Of a stretch of DNA of 64,000 nucleotides, positions 1 through 13,471 are shown one piece after another; the first letter of the stretch is position 1; the number at the start of each line of letters is the position of its first letter. A model generated the notes under the pieces. It saw nothing but the letters and a program-made list of their open reading frames with translations, did not search any database and was not told the origin of the DNA. The position numbers were made by a program, and so were the translations under genes. The stretch comes from Torpedo marmorata (lineage: Eukaryota). Where the stretch lies: the NCBI GenBank assembly GCA_977017645.1, contig OZ360220.1, forward strand, positions 297,972,001 to 298,036,000, given 5' to 3'.

Positions 1-518
1 GGTACCTGCATGGGTCCCAGCTATGCCTGCCTGTTTGTGGGCTTTGTGGAGCAATCCATGCTACAAGCCTACACAGGCAAGACCCCTCATCTCTTCCTCC
101 GTTATATCAACGACTACATCGGGGCTGCCTCATGCACCCGCGATGAGCTTGTCAACTTCATCCACTTCGCATCCAACTTCCACCACGATCTCAAACTCAC
201 CTGGTCCATCTCCGATAACACTCTCCCCTTCCTGGATCTCTCTGTCTCCATCTCAGGAGACAAGCTTTCCACCAACATATACTACAAACCATCCAACTCC
301 CACAACTACCTGGACTACACTTCCTCACACCCTGTCCCCTGCAAGGATTCCATCCCCTTCTCTCAATTTATCCGTCTCCGCCGCATCTGTTCCCAAGATA
401 AGGTCTTCCAGTCCAGATCTTCTGAAATGTCTGCCTTCGTCTACAAACATGGCTTCCCCTCCACCACCATCAACTCAGCCCTCACCTGCATCTCCTCCAT
501 TTCCCGCTCATCTGCCCT
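1..518 (+). mobile_element. Penelope-like retroelement (Neptune type), RT C-terminus/thumb; 5' part, interrupted by CR1
   Basis: ORF 10-534 has the PLE RT motifs MGPSYACLFVG, RYINDY (degenerate YIDD), LPFLDL and YYKPSNSHNYL...SIPFSQFIRLRRICS; the element resumes at ~1201. Confidence 0.9.
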
Positions 519-1195
519 ATATATAACCATATAACCATATAACTTTTACAGCACAGAAACAGGCCAGTTCGGCCCTTCGAGTCCATGCCGAACACATTCT
601 CCCACCTAGTCCCACTGACCCCGCACCCAGCCCATAACCCTCCACACCTCTCTCGTCCATATACCTATCCAACTTTTCCTTAAACATTAAAATTGAACCT
701 GCACAACTACTTCGGCCGGAAGCTCGTTCCACCCTCCTACCACCCTCTGAGTGAAGAAATTCCCCCTCATGTTTCCTCTAAACTTTTCCCCCTTCAATCT
801 CAATCCATGCCCTCTTGTTTGAATCTTCCCCTCTCTCAATGGAAAAAGCCTGTCTACATTGACTCTATCTTTCCCCTTCATAATTTTAAATACCTCTATC
901 AAATCACCCCTCAACCTTCTACGCTCCAGGGAATAAAGTCCCAGCCTGTTCAACCTTTCCCTATAACTCAAACCCAGAAACTCAGGCAACATTCTTGTAA
1001 ATCTCCTCTGCACTCTCTCTATTCTGTTTATATCCTTCCTGTAATTCGGTGACCAAAACTGCACACAATATTCCAAATTTGGCCTCACCAATGCCTTATA
1101 CAACTTCAACATGACATCCCAACTCCTATATTCAATACTCTGATTTATGAAGGCCAACATACCAAATGCCTTCTTCACCACCTTATCTACGTGTG
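519..1195 (-). mobile_element. CR1 (HER1-like) LINE 3' fragment inserted into the Penelope element
   Basis: ORF 687-1181 has LYKALVRPNLEYCVQFWSP...RLRGDLIEVFK...FFTQRVV, a typical CR1 ORF2 C-terminus; (ATAACCAT)n microsatellite tail at ~519-543. Confidence 0.92.
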
Positions 1196-1200
1196 GCCAT

Positions 1201-2133
1201 GGCCCCCTCTGCCCCCAGATGCAACAAACATAGAATCCCCCTCATCCTCACCTACCACCCCACCAGCCTCCGCATCCAACACTTTACCCGCCAGAATTTC
1301 CGGCACTTATTACAGGATCCCATCACCAGATACATTTTTCCTTCTCCTCCCCTCTCGGCCTTCCACAGGGACCGCTCCCTCTGCGATTCCCTCGTGCACT
1401 CATCCCTCCCCACTCATCGCACCCCCGGCACCTTCCCCTGTGCCCGCAGGAGGTGCAACACTTGCGCCCACACCTCCTCCCTCACCACGGTCCAGGGCCC
1501 CAAACAGGCCTTTCAAGTGAAGCAACACTTGTACTTCCAGAGGACTTATTTATTTCATCCGGTGCTCCCTTTGTGGCTTTCTCTACATCGGAGAGACCGG
1601 TCGCAGATTGGGAGATCGCTTCGCTCAGCACCTTCGCTCCATTCGCAACAACAGTGACCTCCCAGTGGCCAACCATTTCAATTCCGAGTCACACTCCCAT
1701 GCTCACATGTTTGTCCATGGCCTTATGTACTATCCCACACTGACCACCCGCAGATTGGAGGAACAACACCTTATTTTCTGTCTGGGCACTCTCCAGCCAG
1801 ATGGCATGAACATTGACTTTACTGCTTTCCACTAAACCTGCTAGCCTGCTCTTTCCCCTCCCCCCTGTCCTGTCTTTCCAGTTCTTCCACCCTGCCAGCC
1901 ATCCCTCCTCCCCCTCATTGCTGCTGTCCCCCTCCCTCCTTTCTCCACCTATCATCTCCTGCCTTTGCCACCCCTTCCCCCCCTCCCCAACTCTTTTGTT
2001 CGGACGCCTGCTGGCATTTTCTCATACTTTGATGAAGGGCTCAAGCCCGAAACGTCGGTTATGTATCTTTACCTTTGCTACATAAAAGACACTGTTTGAC
2101 CTGCTGAGCTTCTCCAGCAGTTTGTGTTTTTAC
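1201..2133 (+). mobile_element. Penelope-like element 3' part: Zn-finger linker, GIY-YIG endonuclease (frameshifted) and pseudo-LTR tail
   Basis: RIPLILTYHP, CxxxxCxxC linker, LIYFIRCSLC..YIGET.R.LGDRFAQH, EEQHLIF.LGTLQPDGMN; pyrimidine-rich tail that includes a hammerhead motif. Confidence 0.9.
2023..2063 (+). ncRNA. Minimal type I hammerhead ribozyme motif in the PLE tail
   Basis: CAUACU-UUGAUGA-A-GGGC UCAA GCCC-GAAA-CGUC-GGUUAUG: core with C3U, 4-bp stem II, stem I with one bulge, palindromic ACGU stem III; predicted cleavage after C2056. Confidence 0.75.
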
Positions 2134-2198
2134 ATCTAACAGGTGCCAGTGCTTGGGTAGGGTGTGTTGCCACTAAATCATGTTTTCTCTCTGACAAA

Positions 2199-2445
2199 GG
2201 GCAGCATTAATGTCGCGGTTAACGCAACGCTATTACAGCACCAGCGCCTGGGTTTGAATCTGGCGCTGTCTGTAGGGAGTTTGTACGTTCTCACAGTGTC
2301 TGTGTGGGTTTCCTCCGGGTGATCTGGTTTCCTCCCACCCTTCAAAATGTACCGGGGTTGTAGGTCAATTGGGTGTAATTGGGCGGCACGGGCTTGTGAG
2401 CTGGAAGGGCCTGTTACCGTGCTGTATGTCTAAATTCAATTTAAA
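2199..2445 (+). mobile_element. tRNA-derived V-SINE (HE1-like)
   Basis: tRNA-like head, V-domain GAGTTTGTACGTTCTC..GTGGGTTTCCTCCGGG..GGTTTCCTCCCAC, CR1-like tail GAAGGGCCTGTTACCGTGCTGTA. Confidence 0.85.
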
Positions 2446-2466
2446 CATTTAAAAACAGGGATAATG

Positions 2467-3070
2467 AATCAAAATCAGATTTATTGTCATGAACATGTGT
2501 CATGAAATTTATTATTTTGCCGAAGCAATATTATGCATTACAGGTGCAAAATTGCTATAAATTCCGAATCTGTAAATACAATATTTAAAAATAAGTAATT
2601 AGTGCAAAAAGGAGAAAAAGGTGAGGTTGTGTCTATAGGTTCATTGTCTGTTCATAAATCTGATGGTGGGGGGGAAGAAGCTGTTTTTGTAACATCAGGT
2701 GTTCGCCTTCAGGCTCCTGTACATCCTTCCTGATGGTAGCAGTGAAAAAAACGGCATGGCCAAGGTGGTGGGGGTCCTTGATGATAGAGGCTGCTTTCTT
2801 GGGACACTGTCTCTTAAAGATGTCCTTAATGGAATGGAGATTAATGCTCATGATGGTGCTGGCTGAGTTCACAACCCTCTGTAGCCTTTTCCTGTCCTGT
2901 GCATTGGCACCTCCGTACCAGACAATGACGCAACCAGTCAGAATGCTCTCCACAGCACACCTGTAGAAATATGCAAGAGTCTTTGGTGACATACCAAATC
3001 TCCTTTAACTCCTCACAGAGTATAGCTGGCGGCGAGCCTTCTTCATGATGACCTCAGGATAGATCTTCAA
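2467..3070 (-). mobile_element. Rex1/Babar LINE 3' fragment
   Basis: ORF 2633-2992 FYRCAVESILTGCVIVWYG...KAASIIKDPHH; tail CATGACAATAAATCTGA on the minus strand. Confidence 0.85.
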
Positions 3071-4290
3071 TGATGACGATAATGCATTTATTGTCAGACA
3101 CATAATAAGTACGTATGCACTGATATTCTTACTTGCTGCAGCCAAACTGCAAGGGAGGTGGATATGACAAGGTCATGCTCCAAACATCTTCTTTAGAGGA
3201 GGGTTCTGTTGGAATTATCTTTCTTGGCAATCACACCTTTCCAGGAAATAGTGTCGTTTGCCACCATGCTGCTAAGTTCACACAGATGGATCCATTTGTC
3301 TTCTTTGGACAATGTTGTTCAAGGTCAGAAGGAAAGTCATCCTTGGCCTTCCAGGACTGAACCATGTTCGTTCCATGTTATAGTTATCGAGACGTTTACG
3401 AAATGTTCACATGCTGAAGAAAAATGGCTGAGACACTACACCAGCTCATTCTGGAAGGCAAAGCCTACCGCATGATTCTCTACTCTTTTGCTTTTAGTCG
3501 TAGCCACTGCCTTGCTCTTTGAGCTGGGTGTCTCCTGCTGATCATATTTCACTGTGGAATGAAGCATCAATGCCAAAGTGTCTCGGCCTATGATATCAGT
3601 TGAAAGCAGGTCTGTTGCTCTTGAGGCAATCTATAAAGGTCCTGAAACTCAAGGTTGCCAACTTCTTTTTGAGGAGTTGCCTTTTTATTGACTCTTTTTA
3701 ATGCAAACCAGCTACCACATAATCCTGTCAAACCAAGTGACAGGGGATCCAAGGCGACTGGAGAACAGGCTCTGCTGTGTGGGTATTAACATGCATCTAG
3801 AAGTGGACAAACGCACAGGTGCCTGTGGGCACATATGCACTCTATCACGTACACGTGGAAGGGGTCACACACAGATACTGCCTTTTCCCCCTTCCGCTAT
3901 CCTTCTGGCTCTTCTCACTTGTCTCTGTACTTTAAATGGCTCTTATCCCCAAACTCCTCCCACTTCCTCAGCCCTCCAACTCTTACTCCTTCCTCTTTGG
4001 TACCATACCTCTTATCTGCCTCTTCCTTCCCTGCACCAACTCCACTTCCTCCTCTCTTTCCTCTGGCCTCTGCTCTCCCCCCTCTGGGTGTAGGTGAAAA
4101 ATTCATACCTTGTAATAACTTTGTAATATTGGAAGTTTGTGCCCACCTGTCAGCTATAGCTTCTTACTGGAGTTGTGGAAGTTTGATAGATGGTCAAAAT
4201 GGATGAGAATCAAGATAAGAATATTTTCACACATTTAAAATCCACAGGATTGTCTCCTTGAAGACCCATGTGCAGTAGGGTGACAAACCT

Positions 4291-5010
4291 ACACCTAAAA
4301 AATTGAAGAAATTTAATCCAGCATTATCAGATATGTGTTTTAGATGTAAAAGTGAAATAGGTTCTTTTGTACATTGTACATGGTTATGTTCAAAAATTCA
4401 AGATTTTTGGTTGAAAGTTAAGAATTTTTTAGAAAGAATTTTTAATGTTGGATTTACAATGGATCCTATGTTATTTTTATTTGGAGATATTAAAAAATTT
4501 AGTATTAGAAATAGATTAAATATGTATCAAGTAGAATTTTTACGTATAGTATTAGCAGTTTCGAAAAAGTGTATAGCTATTACTTGGAAGTCAGATGTGG
4601 ATTTAAGTTTAGAACGATGGCATGCAGAGTTACGCTCATGTATACCACTAGAAAAAATTACTTATAACTTGCGAAATAAATTTCATTCTTTTTTGAAAAT
4701 TTGGGGCCCATACATGAGGATTATGGGTTTAACAATTTAAATTCTCTAGATATCGGATCCACTGGCGAAAATAACCTCTAAGGTAAATTAGTTTTAAATT
4801 TGCTGTCTCCTCATCCTATATTTCTATCTTTCCTTTTTCTTTCTTTCTTTTACTATATTATATTTTATTTTTAGAGTAGTGGGGATATAGGGGTTAGGGA
4901 GGGGAGGGTGGGAAGGGGGGGAGAAAACGTATATCACATGTATTTTTGAAATGCAAAATTATTTTATGTATTTTGTGATTTAAAAATTTAAATAAAATAT
5001 TTTTAAAAAA
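4291..5010 (+). mobile_element. L1-clade LINE 3' end with 14-bp TSD
   Basis: ORF 4303-4740 with CFRC..HCTWLC zinc knuckle, AATAAA and A-tail; TSD AGGGTGACAAACCT at 4277-4290 and 5011-5024. Confidence 0.9.
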
Positions 5011-7754
5011 AGGGTGACAAACCTGGTGCAAGCAGGTGGGTTTTGATTGAGTAGTTATTTCTCAATTAGAAGAGATATGATGGGCTGAGTGGCCTCTCTG
5101 ATTTGTAAATTATATGAAAGGAACAGGAACTCTGGAGAAGTCAGAGTTACAGCATAAACATGAGAGAGTGGGAGAAGGTTGCTTTTGCTATCTATGTCAT
5201 TATGACAAGTGTATATATTATTTCAAAACTTAGTTAAACAGACTGAGTCGCAGAGCATCTATGCACACCCACAATATCCTGCCTTCTTTCCATAATAGAT
5301 AACGGTATCCATAAAATATTTGATGCAACTTTCTGCTGTGAAAGTGATGAAGTGTTGGGGTTCCAGTTATAACAACTCAAATACTCCGCAGACTCAATTT
5401 TTAATTTTATTCTTTTTTTTAAATTTTGCCCACCTCCAAGTGCACATGAAGGGGTACAGTTCACAGAAATCAAATGCAATTGTTCTCAAATAATTTTTGC
5501 TGTGTATGAAGCCCAGGCGTTCCAATTTTAAAAAGATTACAGTCATGCCTGGTCCACAGGCGTTCACTATTTATCCGTGAAGACCAATAGATCGATATAA
5601 AATACAAACCACAACTGATTTTTCTCTACCGTGGGTCAGGGCTATTAAGGCCAATTGCAGTGACAAAGATCAAATAACTGCACATACTGCAGTTTGAACC
5701 TTGAACCTTTCTAGCTTGCATCATTCCATTCCACACAGGGCAATATATTTAGCAACTGAGCACCAAGTAGTCTGCATCTGGATTTTATGACTGCCTTTAT
5801 GAGACATTATGTCCTTTTAAGACTCAAAACCCCATTCACAATACAACAATCTTAGTCGAGTAAAATCTTTGCAAAATCTTTGTAAACCCTTAGTGACTTT
5901 GCTTGACATTGGATTGTGTATGTTGACAAATTCTAATGTCAAACAAATGTCAAGAGAATGGTAAGTGCCTCCAGGCATGCTTTAATAGACTGATGTCATG
6001 CATTCTTTTACCCAAATATTTGGTGTTCAAATTACGGATTGCTGTTTTGGATAAAGTTGTATGAATTTTTCTAACAAGACCTGGCCTCTGTAAAATAATT
6101 TTTACCCAATCTCTTAAGTTAAAGTCCCACTTACACAGGAAGTGACTTTCCTGATGACTCAGATCAAACTGTCTTGTGACCTAGTGGACATTGCTAACGT
6201 AAATGAACATGAATAGGGCACATTTTACAGCCCCTACTTCTTGTTCTCCAGGCACGTATTAGTTTCAAATTGTTTCAATTCATTAAAAGATATGTACCGT
6301 ATATGAATAAATATATTTAGAGATGATGTCACTAAGAAATCCACCTTATGATGTTACTGCGGAAAGCAGTTTTATACAGTGCTTGGATTCCCATTGTAAA
6401 AAATAAAGCACATTTAATATTTAATGACTGTGGCAATGTTTATAAATTAATTCCCATGCATATTGTTTGCCATCCATTACCCACTCCCCATCTTACTCTT
6501 ATTAGGTTTTGGCTAATTGCTGGGGTATTTTTCCACAGATTTCAATGGAACTTTGCCCAAATTATGATTATGAGTTGAGTCTAGACAGGAAGTTAAATTT
6601 TTGGGGAAAAATGCTGAAGAACCCAGCACAAATGTAAAAATGATACACTTATTTCTGTTTTCCCAGAGCTTTGTGTCAAATGAGTGCTGGAACACTTGAG
6701 AACTTCACCCACTTTAACTGCAAAGAGGAATGTGGCTGAACTCCAAACCAGCTGCTATGTAATCTCCGAAACATGAATGATTGTTATTTACCAATAAGGA
6801 CTTGGAAATATGATCAATTTCCACCCCACCCCCAGAGGCCACATACTGCCTTAAATGAGACTGGCCACTTTGAAATGATTGGGCTTTGAACTTCACATTT
6901 TTCTGGTCTCTCCACTTTAGTCTTCATACTGCATAACTCTCTGAGCCACTGGGAAAGCTCATTATAAATTTTATTTGTATGGCAGATGGCTCAATGCACA
7001 AAAAAAAGAAAGTGGATGATTGAGAAAAATAAAGATTCATATTGAATCCCTTATTCACACAAGGAACCAGCCTTTTGTGCAGCATTGGGAATTCTAGCTG
7101 GCTGTGTAACCAATCATACTATATAGGTATTTCCTAAATCTGCACCATCACTCAAACCTACTATGAAAACATATTTTGCTTTGCACTGTAGTTTAGCTAC
7201 TGGGGAATTCTTTGCAGCCTGGATATAGAAAAAACAAGTACGGTATTTCTAGTTTCCTGGCAGATTCCCAAAACAGCACGTTCTGCAACCAGCTGTGTAT
7301 AATGTGGCTGGAAGAGCTGTATAAAAAATGCATTATAACAGAAGTTGATTTTTTGTGATTGATTAATTCCTTTGCGCCAGCTTATTGTGGAATATTTAAC
7401 TTCTGAATTGTTTTATCAGCTGTATATTTTAATGATGTTTAAACAGATTTAAATTCTCACACAATAACGTAACTGTCCAAAGCAATGCAGCATGCAGGGA
7501 AAGCTAGTTTGTGAATGACCATGTACTCTGATGTAGATTGAAAATGAATAAAAGAATATAATAATCATTGAATATTGAGTATAAACAATTCAGCTGGACC
7601 TGTTCAGAGCAATGTCTACACATCATTCTAGCCTTGTCCTCTCCTTCCTCAATTCACTCTGTCAACATTATCTTCTATCCTCTTATCCCTCACATTCTTA
7701 ATTAGCCACATTTAAATACATCAACACTAACCATTTCAGTGGCTCACTGTGTGT

Positions 7755-8560
7755 TGATGATGATGATGCTGAGTTTATTGTCATACACATTGTACAATGT
7801 ACACATGCGCCAACATTCTTTCTTGCTGCAGACAAACAGGTACTTGTAAACCACAATTGTAAACTAATTGAATTAAATTAAAAGGGACAATTAATACATA
7901 AAATAGATGTAAATATTCACAGTAATCCTTGTGCAAAAAAAAGTGTCTTGCAATAATGCAGACAATCCTTGATTAGTGTACCAAGGAGAGTTTTAAGAGT
8001 CCTATAGCTGTTGGAAAGAAACTGTTCTTGTTTTCAAGCTTCTGCCCAAAGGTAGCAATAAGTGATTGTGACTGGGGTGGTGGAGGTACTTCATGATGTT
8101 GGCTGCGTTCTTGAGGCAGGTCCTCACATAGATGTCTGCAATGGATGGGAGGTCAGAGCCTATGATGGACGTGGCTATGTTTACTATCTTCTGCAGCCTT
8201 CTATGTTCCTGGGCAGTTGAATTCCTAAACCAGGCTCTGATGCAATTCATTACCATATGTTTCATAGTGCATCTCTAGAAGTTTGATAGAGTGTCTGACA
8301 AAATGCTAAATCTCCTCAGACTCCTTAGGAAGTAGAGGCATTGGTGTGCCTCCTTCATGGTTGCCTCGTTGTGCTGGCTCCAGGAAGGTCTTCTGAAATA
8401 TGGTCTCCCAGAAATTTGAAGGTTCTGACTCTCTCCACCTCCTTCTCACCAATCCAGACAGGTGTGTGGTCCCTCGGCCTCTCCTTCCTAAAATCAACTA
8501 TTAGCACCTTGATCTTGATGAAGTTGAGAACAAGATTGCTGTTCTGCACTACCCAACCAG
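7755..8560 (-). mobile_element. Rex1/Babar LINE 3' fragment (older)
   Basis: Degenerate ORFs LVLN..K.KVLIVDFRK, VERV.TFKFLG.HISEDL, RRLQKIVN.A; ATGACAATAAA tail with (CAT)n. Confidence 0.8.
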
Positions 8561-9231
8561 TTTCTCAATCTCTCTGTAGTTAGTTCCATATTCCCACCAC
8601 TCGCAGATAAGGAAATTCCTTTTGAATTCCCCGCTTCATTACTTGGTAACTGAATTGTATTGACAGCAGTTGGTTTTCCTCTTTCCTCCATGTGGAGAGG
8701 CTTTCTTTCTCTGTGACTACTCTATCAAAACTAATGTTAAAAACTCTATTAACCTCCAGGTTAGTCTTTTACCTGTTTTTTTAAATGAAAACTCACCTTG
8801 TTCATCCTTTCTTTATGGACAGAGCATTATGTTTCTAGTCATCCTTGTAAGTTGTATTGCTGAATGTTTGATTTCATGTGGTTTGTTCTTGTACATAGTT
8901 GAAGAAAAGTATTACATTCCATTTTAGGGGGCCACTATATCCTTTATGTAATAAGTTGACCAAATTTGTTCAGCACTTCTCTGCTTGAAAACTCAATTGT
9001 TCTATCCTTTCTTTTTCTATTTTCTCTACTTGGCATTTCATTCCGTGTTGATATTTCAGCAATTTGTGCATTTGTTTTCAAAGATCAATTTCCTCCTTTA
9101 CCCGAAAGAGAAATTTACTTTTCAAGTGGTATGTGATCATACTTTTCTTCTTAAGATATAACACTTAGTTAAAAAAAAAACTTATTTGCCAGTTAATTGA
9201 AGCTCTGGAAATTTATTAAATCTTTTTTGTA

Positions 9232-9496
9232 ATGTGCAGCTCAGAATAAAACCATGTCCCTTTAGAACAGAGACGAGGAGAAATTTCTTCAGCCAGAAAT
9301 CTGTGGAATTTGTTGCTACAGATGGCTTGGGTATATTTAAAGCAGAGGTTGATAGATTCTTGATTAGTAAGGGTGTCAAAGGTTATGAAGAAAAGGCAGG
9401 AGAATCAGGTTGAGAGGAAGTGGACATCAACCATGATTTGAATGACGGAGCAGGCTCAATAAGCTGAATGGCCTAATTCTGCTCCTACACCTTATT
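9232..9496 (+). mobile_element. CR1 LINE 3' end
   Basis: CCCTTTAGAACAGAG..GAGGAGAAATTTCTTCAGCCAGA, GATAGATTCTTGATTAGTAAGGG, TGAATGGCCTAATTCTGCTCCT tail. Confidence 0.75.
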
Positions 9497-9832
9497 AAAT
9501 ATGTTGAGTCCTGTTTTGCATTGCTGTTCTACATAATTGTTTGTTAATATTTTGCTACTTCTTTCTCCAGCCCTTCAAAATCACCTTTTCTGGACTGTGT
9601 CACCTTGGCCTTTATCATATACATCCATTGTAATCATTGTTGTGGTGCATGATTTTTTGGTAACGAATATCTTGGCACTCCCTTATTTTTACTTTTCTTT
9701 TCTGCTCCATGCCATTCCCTTTTACTGGATCCTCCATCTTAAGCTCCCTTGTTAAGTTCTTTCACAGTGGGTTAGAATGGGAACTGTCCACAGTTTAAAA
9801 CACTTTTTCTTTATCTACCTCTTCCAACAAGA

Positions 9833-10075
9833 GTGGCACAGTTAACGATTAGCGGAACGCTATTACAGCGGCAGCAACGCAGGTTCGAATCCGACGCTGT
9901 CTGTAAGGAGTTTGTATGTTCTCCCCGTGTCTGCGTGGGTTTCCTCCGGGTGCTCCGGTTTCCTGCTACCCTTCAAAAACATTTAGGGATTGTAGCTAAT
10001 TGGTGTATTTGGGGGGCACGGGCTCATGGGCTGGAAGGGCCTGTTACCATGCTGTATGTCTAAATTTAAAAAAAA
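9833..10075 (+). mobile_element. V-SINE (HE1-like)
   Basis: B-box GGTTCGAATCC, V-domain, and the same tail as 2199-2445. Confidence 0.85.
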
Positions 10076-13000
10076 CTAACCATGATTAATTGTTTTTTAC
10101 TTACTCTATTTGTATATTTCTTCCTGTACTTTCCTCCCACTATTAGATGACTATGATTAGTACATTTGATACTTGATTATCTTTTGTCTCTGTTCATTTG
10201 GATTTAGACCTGTCTTACTACTTTTTTTACTCCCATGATGTTATCTCTTCACTGAGAACAATTACTCCCCTTTTCTTTCTCTGCTTTTCCTAGAAGTACT
10301 GTAGCCTTCAGTGTTTAATTACCAGTTCCCATTTTTTTTCAAAGCCAGTTTTCAGTAAGCTCTATATCTGGTTCTTTCCAAGCAGAAGTATTATTGTCTC
10401 CAGTTCCCCAATTTTATCACAGAAACCATAAGCACTGCACTGTAGACAGTTGAACTCATTTTAAATTGCATTTCATCCCATTTTATTTTCAAACATCTTT
10501 TACTCTTCAGTTACATTTCTTCATTTAACTCTTCTGTTCCATTTATTCATCCTGGACAATTGTGTCTTCCCTTAGTCTGTAACGTTTGTTGTTTCATTTA
10601 TATTTAGGCTTGTTTCATTTCTTGAAAGATATTCAAGATTATTTTTGTTCAAGATTATTTTACTGTTATGTAATAAAACAGAAAATGTGATATTACACTT
10701 TCTATTACAGATTACATATGACAGATTCACTATCAGCAGAAATTGCCCAGATAGCTTACAAGTTTAAAAAGTTTTCCAGCACTCCTTTTGCTCTTTCTCT
10801 ACAATATTGGTTCCACTCTTGTTGAGTGGAATTCAGTCCCATTAGTGCAGTTCCTTCTCTGTTCCTGTCATTTTGCTGGTATCCCACGAAAGCAGAACCT
10901 GTCTCATCCACACCAACCTTTTATACACGTGTTAATTCTGTTCCTGACAATAAAAATGAAATGCCAGACAATGGCTAAGAAAGAGTCACATTTAGGGACT
11001 TTTGACATTCAATAGTATTACCATCACTGCTTCCTCCATCATTAATATCCTGAGGGTCACCACTGACCAGAAACTCAAACAGGACAAGCAGATATACTGC
11101 AAGGCTACATGTTCAGGTCAAAGGCGAGGAATCCTGAGGTGAGTGACATGTCACCTAACATACTAAGGCCTTTCACCTTCTGCAAGGCACACATCAACTG
11201 CAGGTTGGGGTAGCTCAAACAGTCTGGAATATTTTGTGTGCAGCATTATAACTTGGTACGAGCTGAGCCATCCTAACCACCTAACCCTATGGGACTTGGG
11301 AGGCAAGCAGCTGGCAGTTGAAAATTGCTTCGTCTGTGGAGCTCAATGCTGTCACAAAACAGCCCGTGAATGTGGGACACAAGCAGTCTCTTTGAGCTAC
11401 CCAAACCTGCAGTCCCTCCAAGATCTCCCAGTACTCAAGTTGTCCAATCTTCTCTCATCCAATTTCCCCATCAATCTCTACAAACTAGAACTTGTCTGAA
11501 GGTCTGCACTCCATCACATCCTGACTGTTAATGTCCCAGCAACCTCATTTCAGGACTCTCACTGTTACTTCAAACCCTACAGTATAGTTGCTTTTAGTAT
11601 ATACTGTATTCTTTCAGCCTTATGCACCACTATGTAACTGCTGTTTCTTCACTTGTCACATTCTTAGCCTTTGGAATTTTCTTTCTGCAGTCCGGCATTC
11701 AAAAACTGCTCAGAACTCAGCAGATTTCACCTTCATATCTTGCTCCATCTTCTCTTATTTTCAGAATCCATATTTTTTTTCTTCTCAGTGCTTTGAAGGA
11801 TAAGAGATTCTGCAGAAAGGAAGATTCTAATGTTATTGTTGTGTGGTTAATAGTATAGATTGTTTTTGTCCTTCCTCTTTGTATGTTGCTCAAATTAATT
11901 CTCATGTTTTGGAAATTAATTGGTTCATTTTTGTAATGTTGTAACATACATGTATATACTAGCTGTGCTCCAGTGCATTTATGAAAGTCAATATGAAATA
12001 TTTGATGACCTTTTGCAATGTAAGATTTATGCGAAATGTTTATGAATGTATTATGTTTATGACTGTATTATGCTTGCACATGTCACCCATTTGGAAAACA
12101 TAATCCTCTATTGTTGTCCAACAATATTTGTATTATTTTACTCAGTGGTTGAGTTAAAAAAATTATACTTCCTCAGAATTTGACATTTATATTACTTTAG
12201 ACCAAACTATTCATCGTGCGTCTGGCATCATCTTAATGAGTGTGTGACGACAGAATAAAAAGTCCTGTGCATGAAAATATATTGAATATCCAAAATTTTG
12301 TTGCTGTCCACAAAAGGCGCAGAGAGCTTACTTAGACTTGGGTTAGCCATTGAAAAGGCAATCTGTTTATTTTACGGCAATTGCAAAAAGAATAAAAAGT
12401 AGCAAGGAAAACAAATGCCGAGCTAACTAATCAAAGCCTGATCTCAGGGCACATCTCTTTCTGAGAATTAGCTAATAAGCATCTTCACTCGAGAAGCTGA
12501 TTAGGTAAGTGTGAACATTATGTTATTCACTTTTCAAAGTGATCAATAATTGTAATAATTAAAATTGATAGCTGCAAATAACTGGCATGAATCCACTACC
12601 AGAATACAGATTGCATATTAGCTTCAGAAATATAGGCAGTAGTGTGGAACACTTATTCGCCAATTTGGTTTGAGCTGTGCACAAATTGCTTTAGCAGCAT
12701 CCAGCTGATTTAGACCTTTGCCTGGAGGTGCACTAGATTAATTGGTAGCTACACATTCATTGCTTGCAGAATGGACTCTGTAATTGGGGAAATTTGTTAA
12801 TGCCAGTTATAAAATAGCAATACAGTTCAGTTTTCCTGATAGCATTTCATTAGAGAAATCTGATATTTCACAGGCAAATAACATTGTCTTTAGATTTTAA
12901 AATCCATTATTGTGACTTAATATCTTTTAATTTTCATTAACTTTGGGGGGGGGTACTTATAACATTATGTGTATGAAAAATTAAACAATGACAGTTCAAC

Positions 13001-13247
13001 TGAGGCTTTAAGGGTGAGTGTAACACCTGGTATTGAAATGATATGAGCAGGAAGATTTCAAATTTGACGTACAGTCTTATGCAGAGTGAATTGACTGACC
13101 TCAGCCAATTATTTGGCTGATGATGCAGCACAACACCACATGTGCATTTATCCTTGGAGCTATCTGCATGTACTCACTGACCAGACGGAATTGAGCAGGA
13201 TGAAGCATTTTGTGCAGATAACCTTATTTGACAGTTGTTATATTTTA

Positions 13248-13471
13248 NNNNNNNNNNNNNNNNNNNNNNNNNNNNNNNNNNNNNNNNNNNNNNNNNNNNN
13301 NNNNNNNNNNNNNNNNNNNNNNNNNNNNNNNNNNNNNNNNNNNNNNNNNNNNNNNNNNNNNNNNNNNNNNNNNNNNNNNNNNNNNNNNNNNNNNNNNNNN
13401 NNNNNNNNNNNNNNNNNNNNNNNNNNNNNNNNNNNNNNNNNNNNNNNNNNNNNNNNNNNNNNNNNNNNNNN
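13248..13471. other. Assembly gap
   Basis: Run of N. Confidence 1.
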
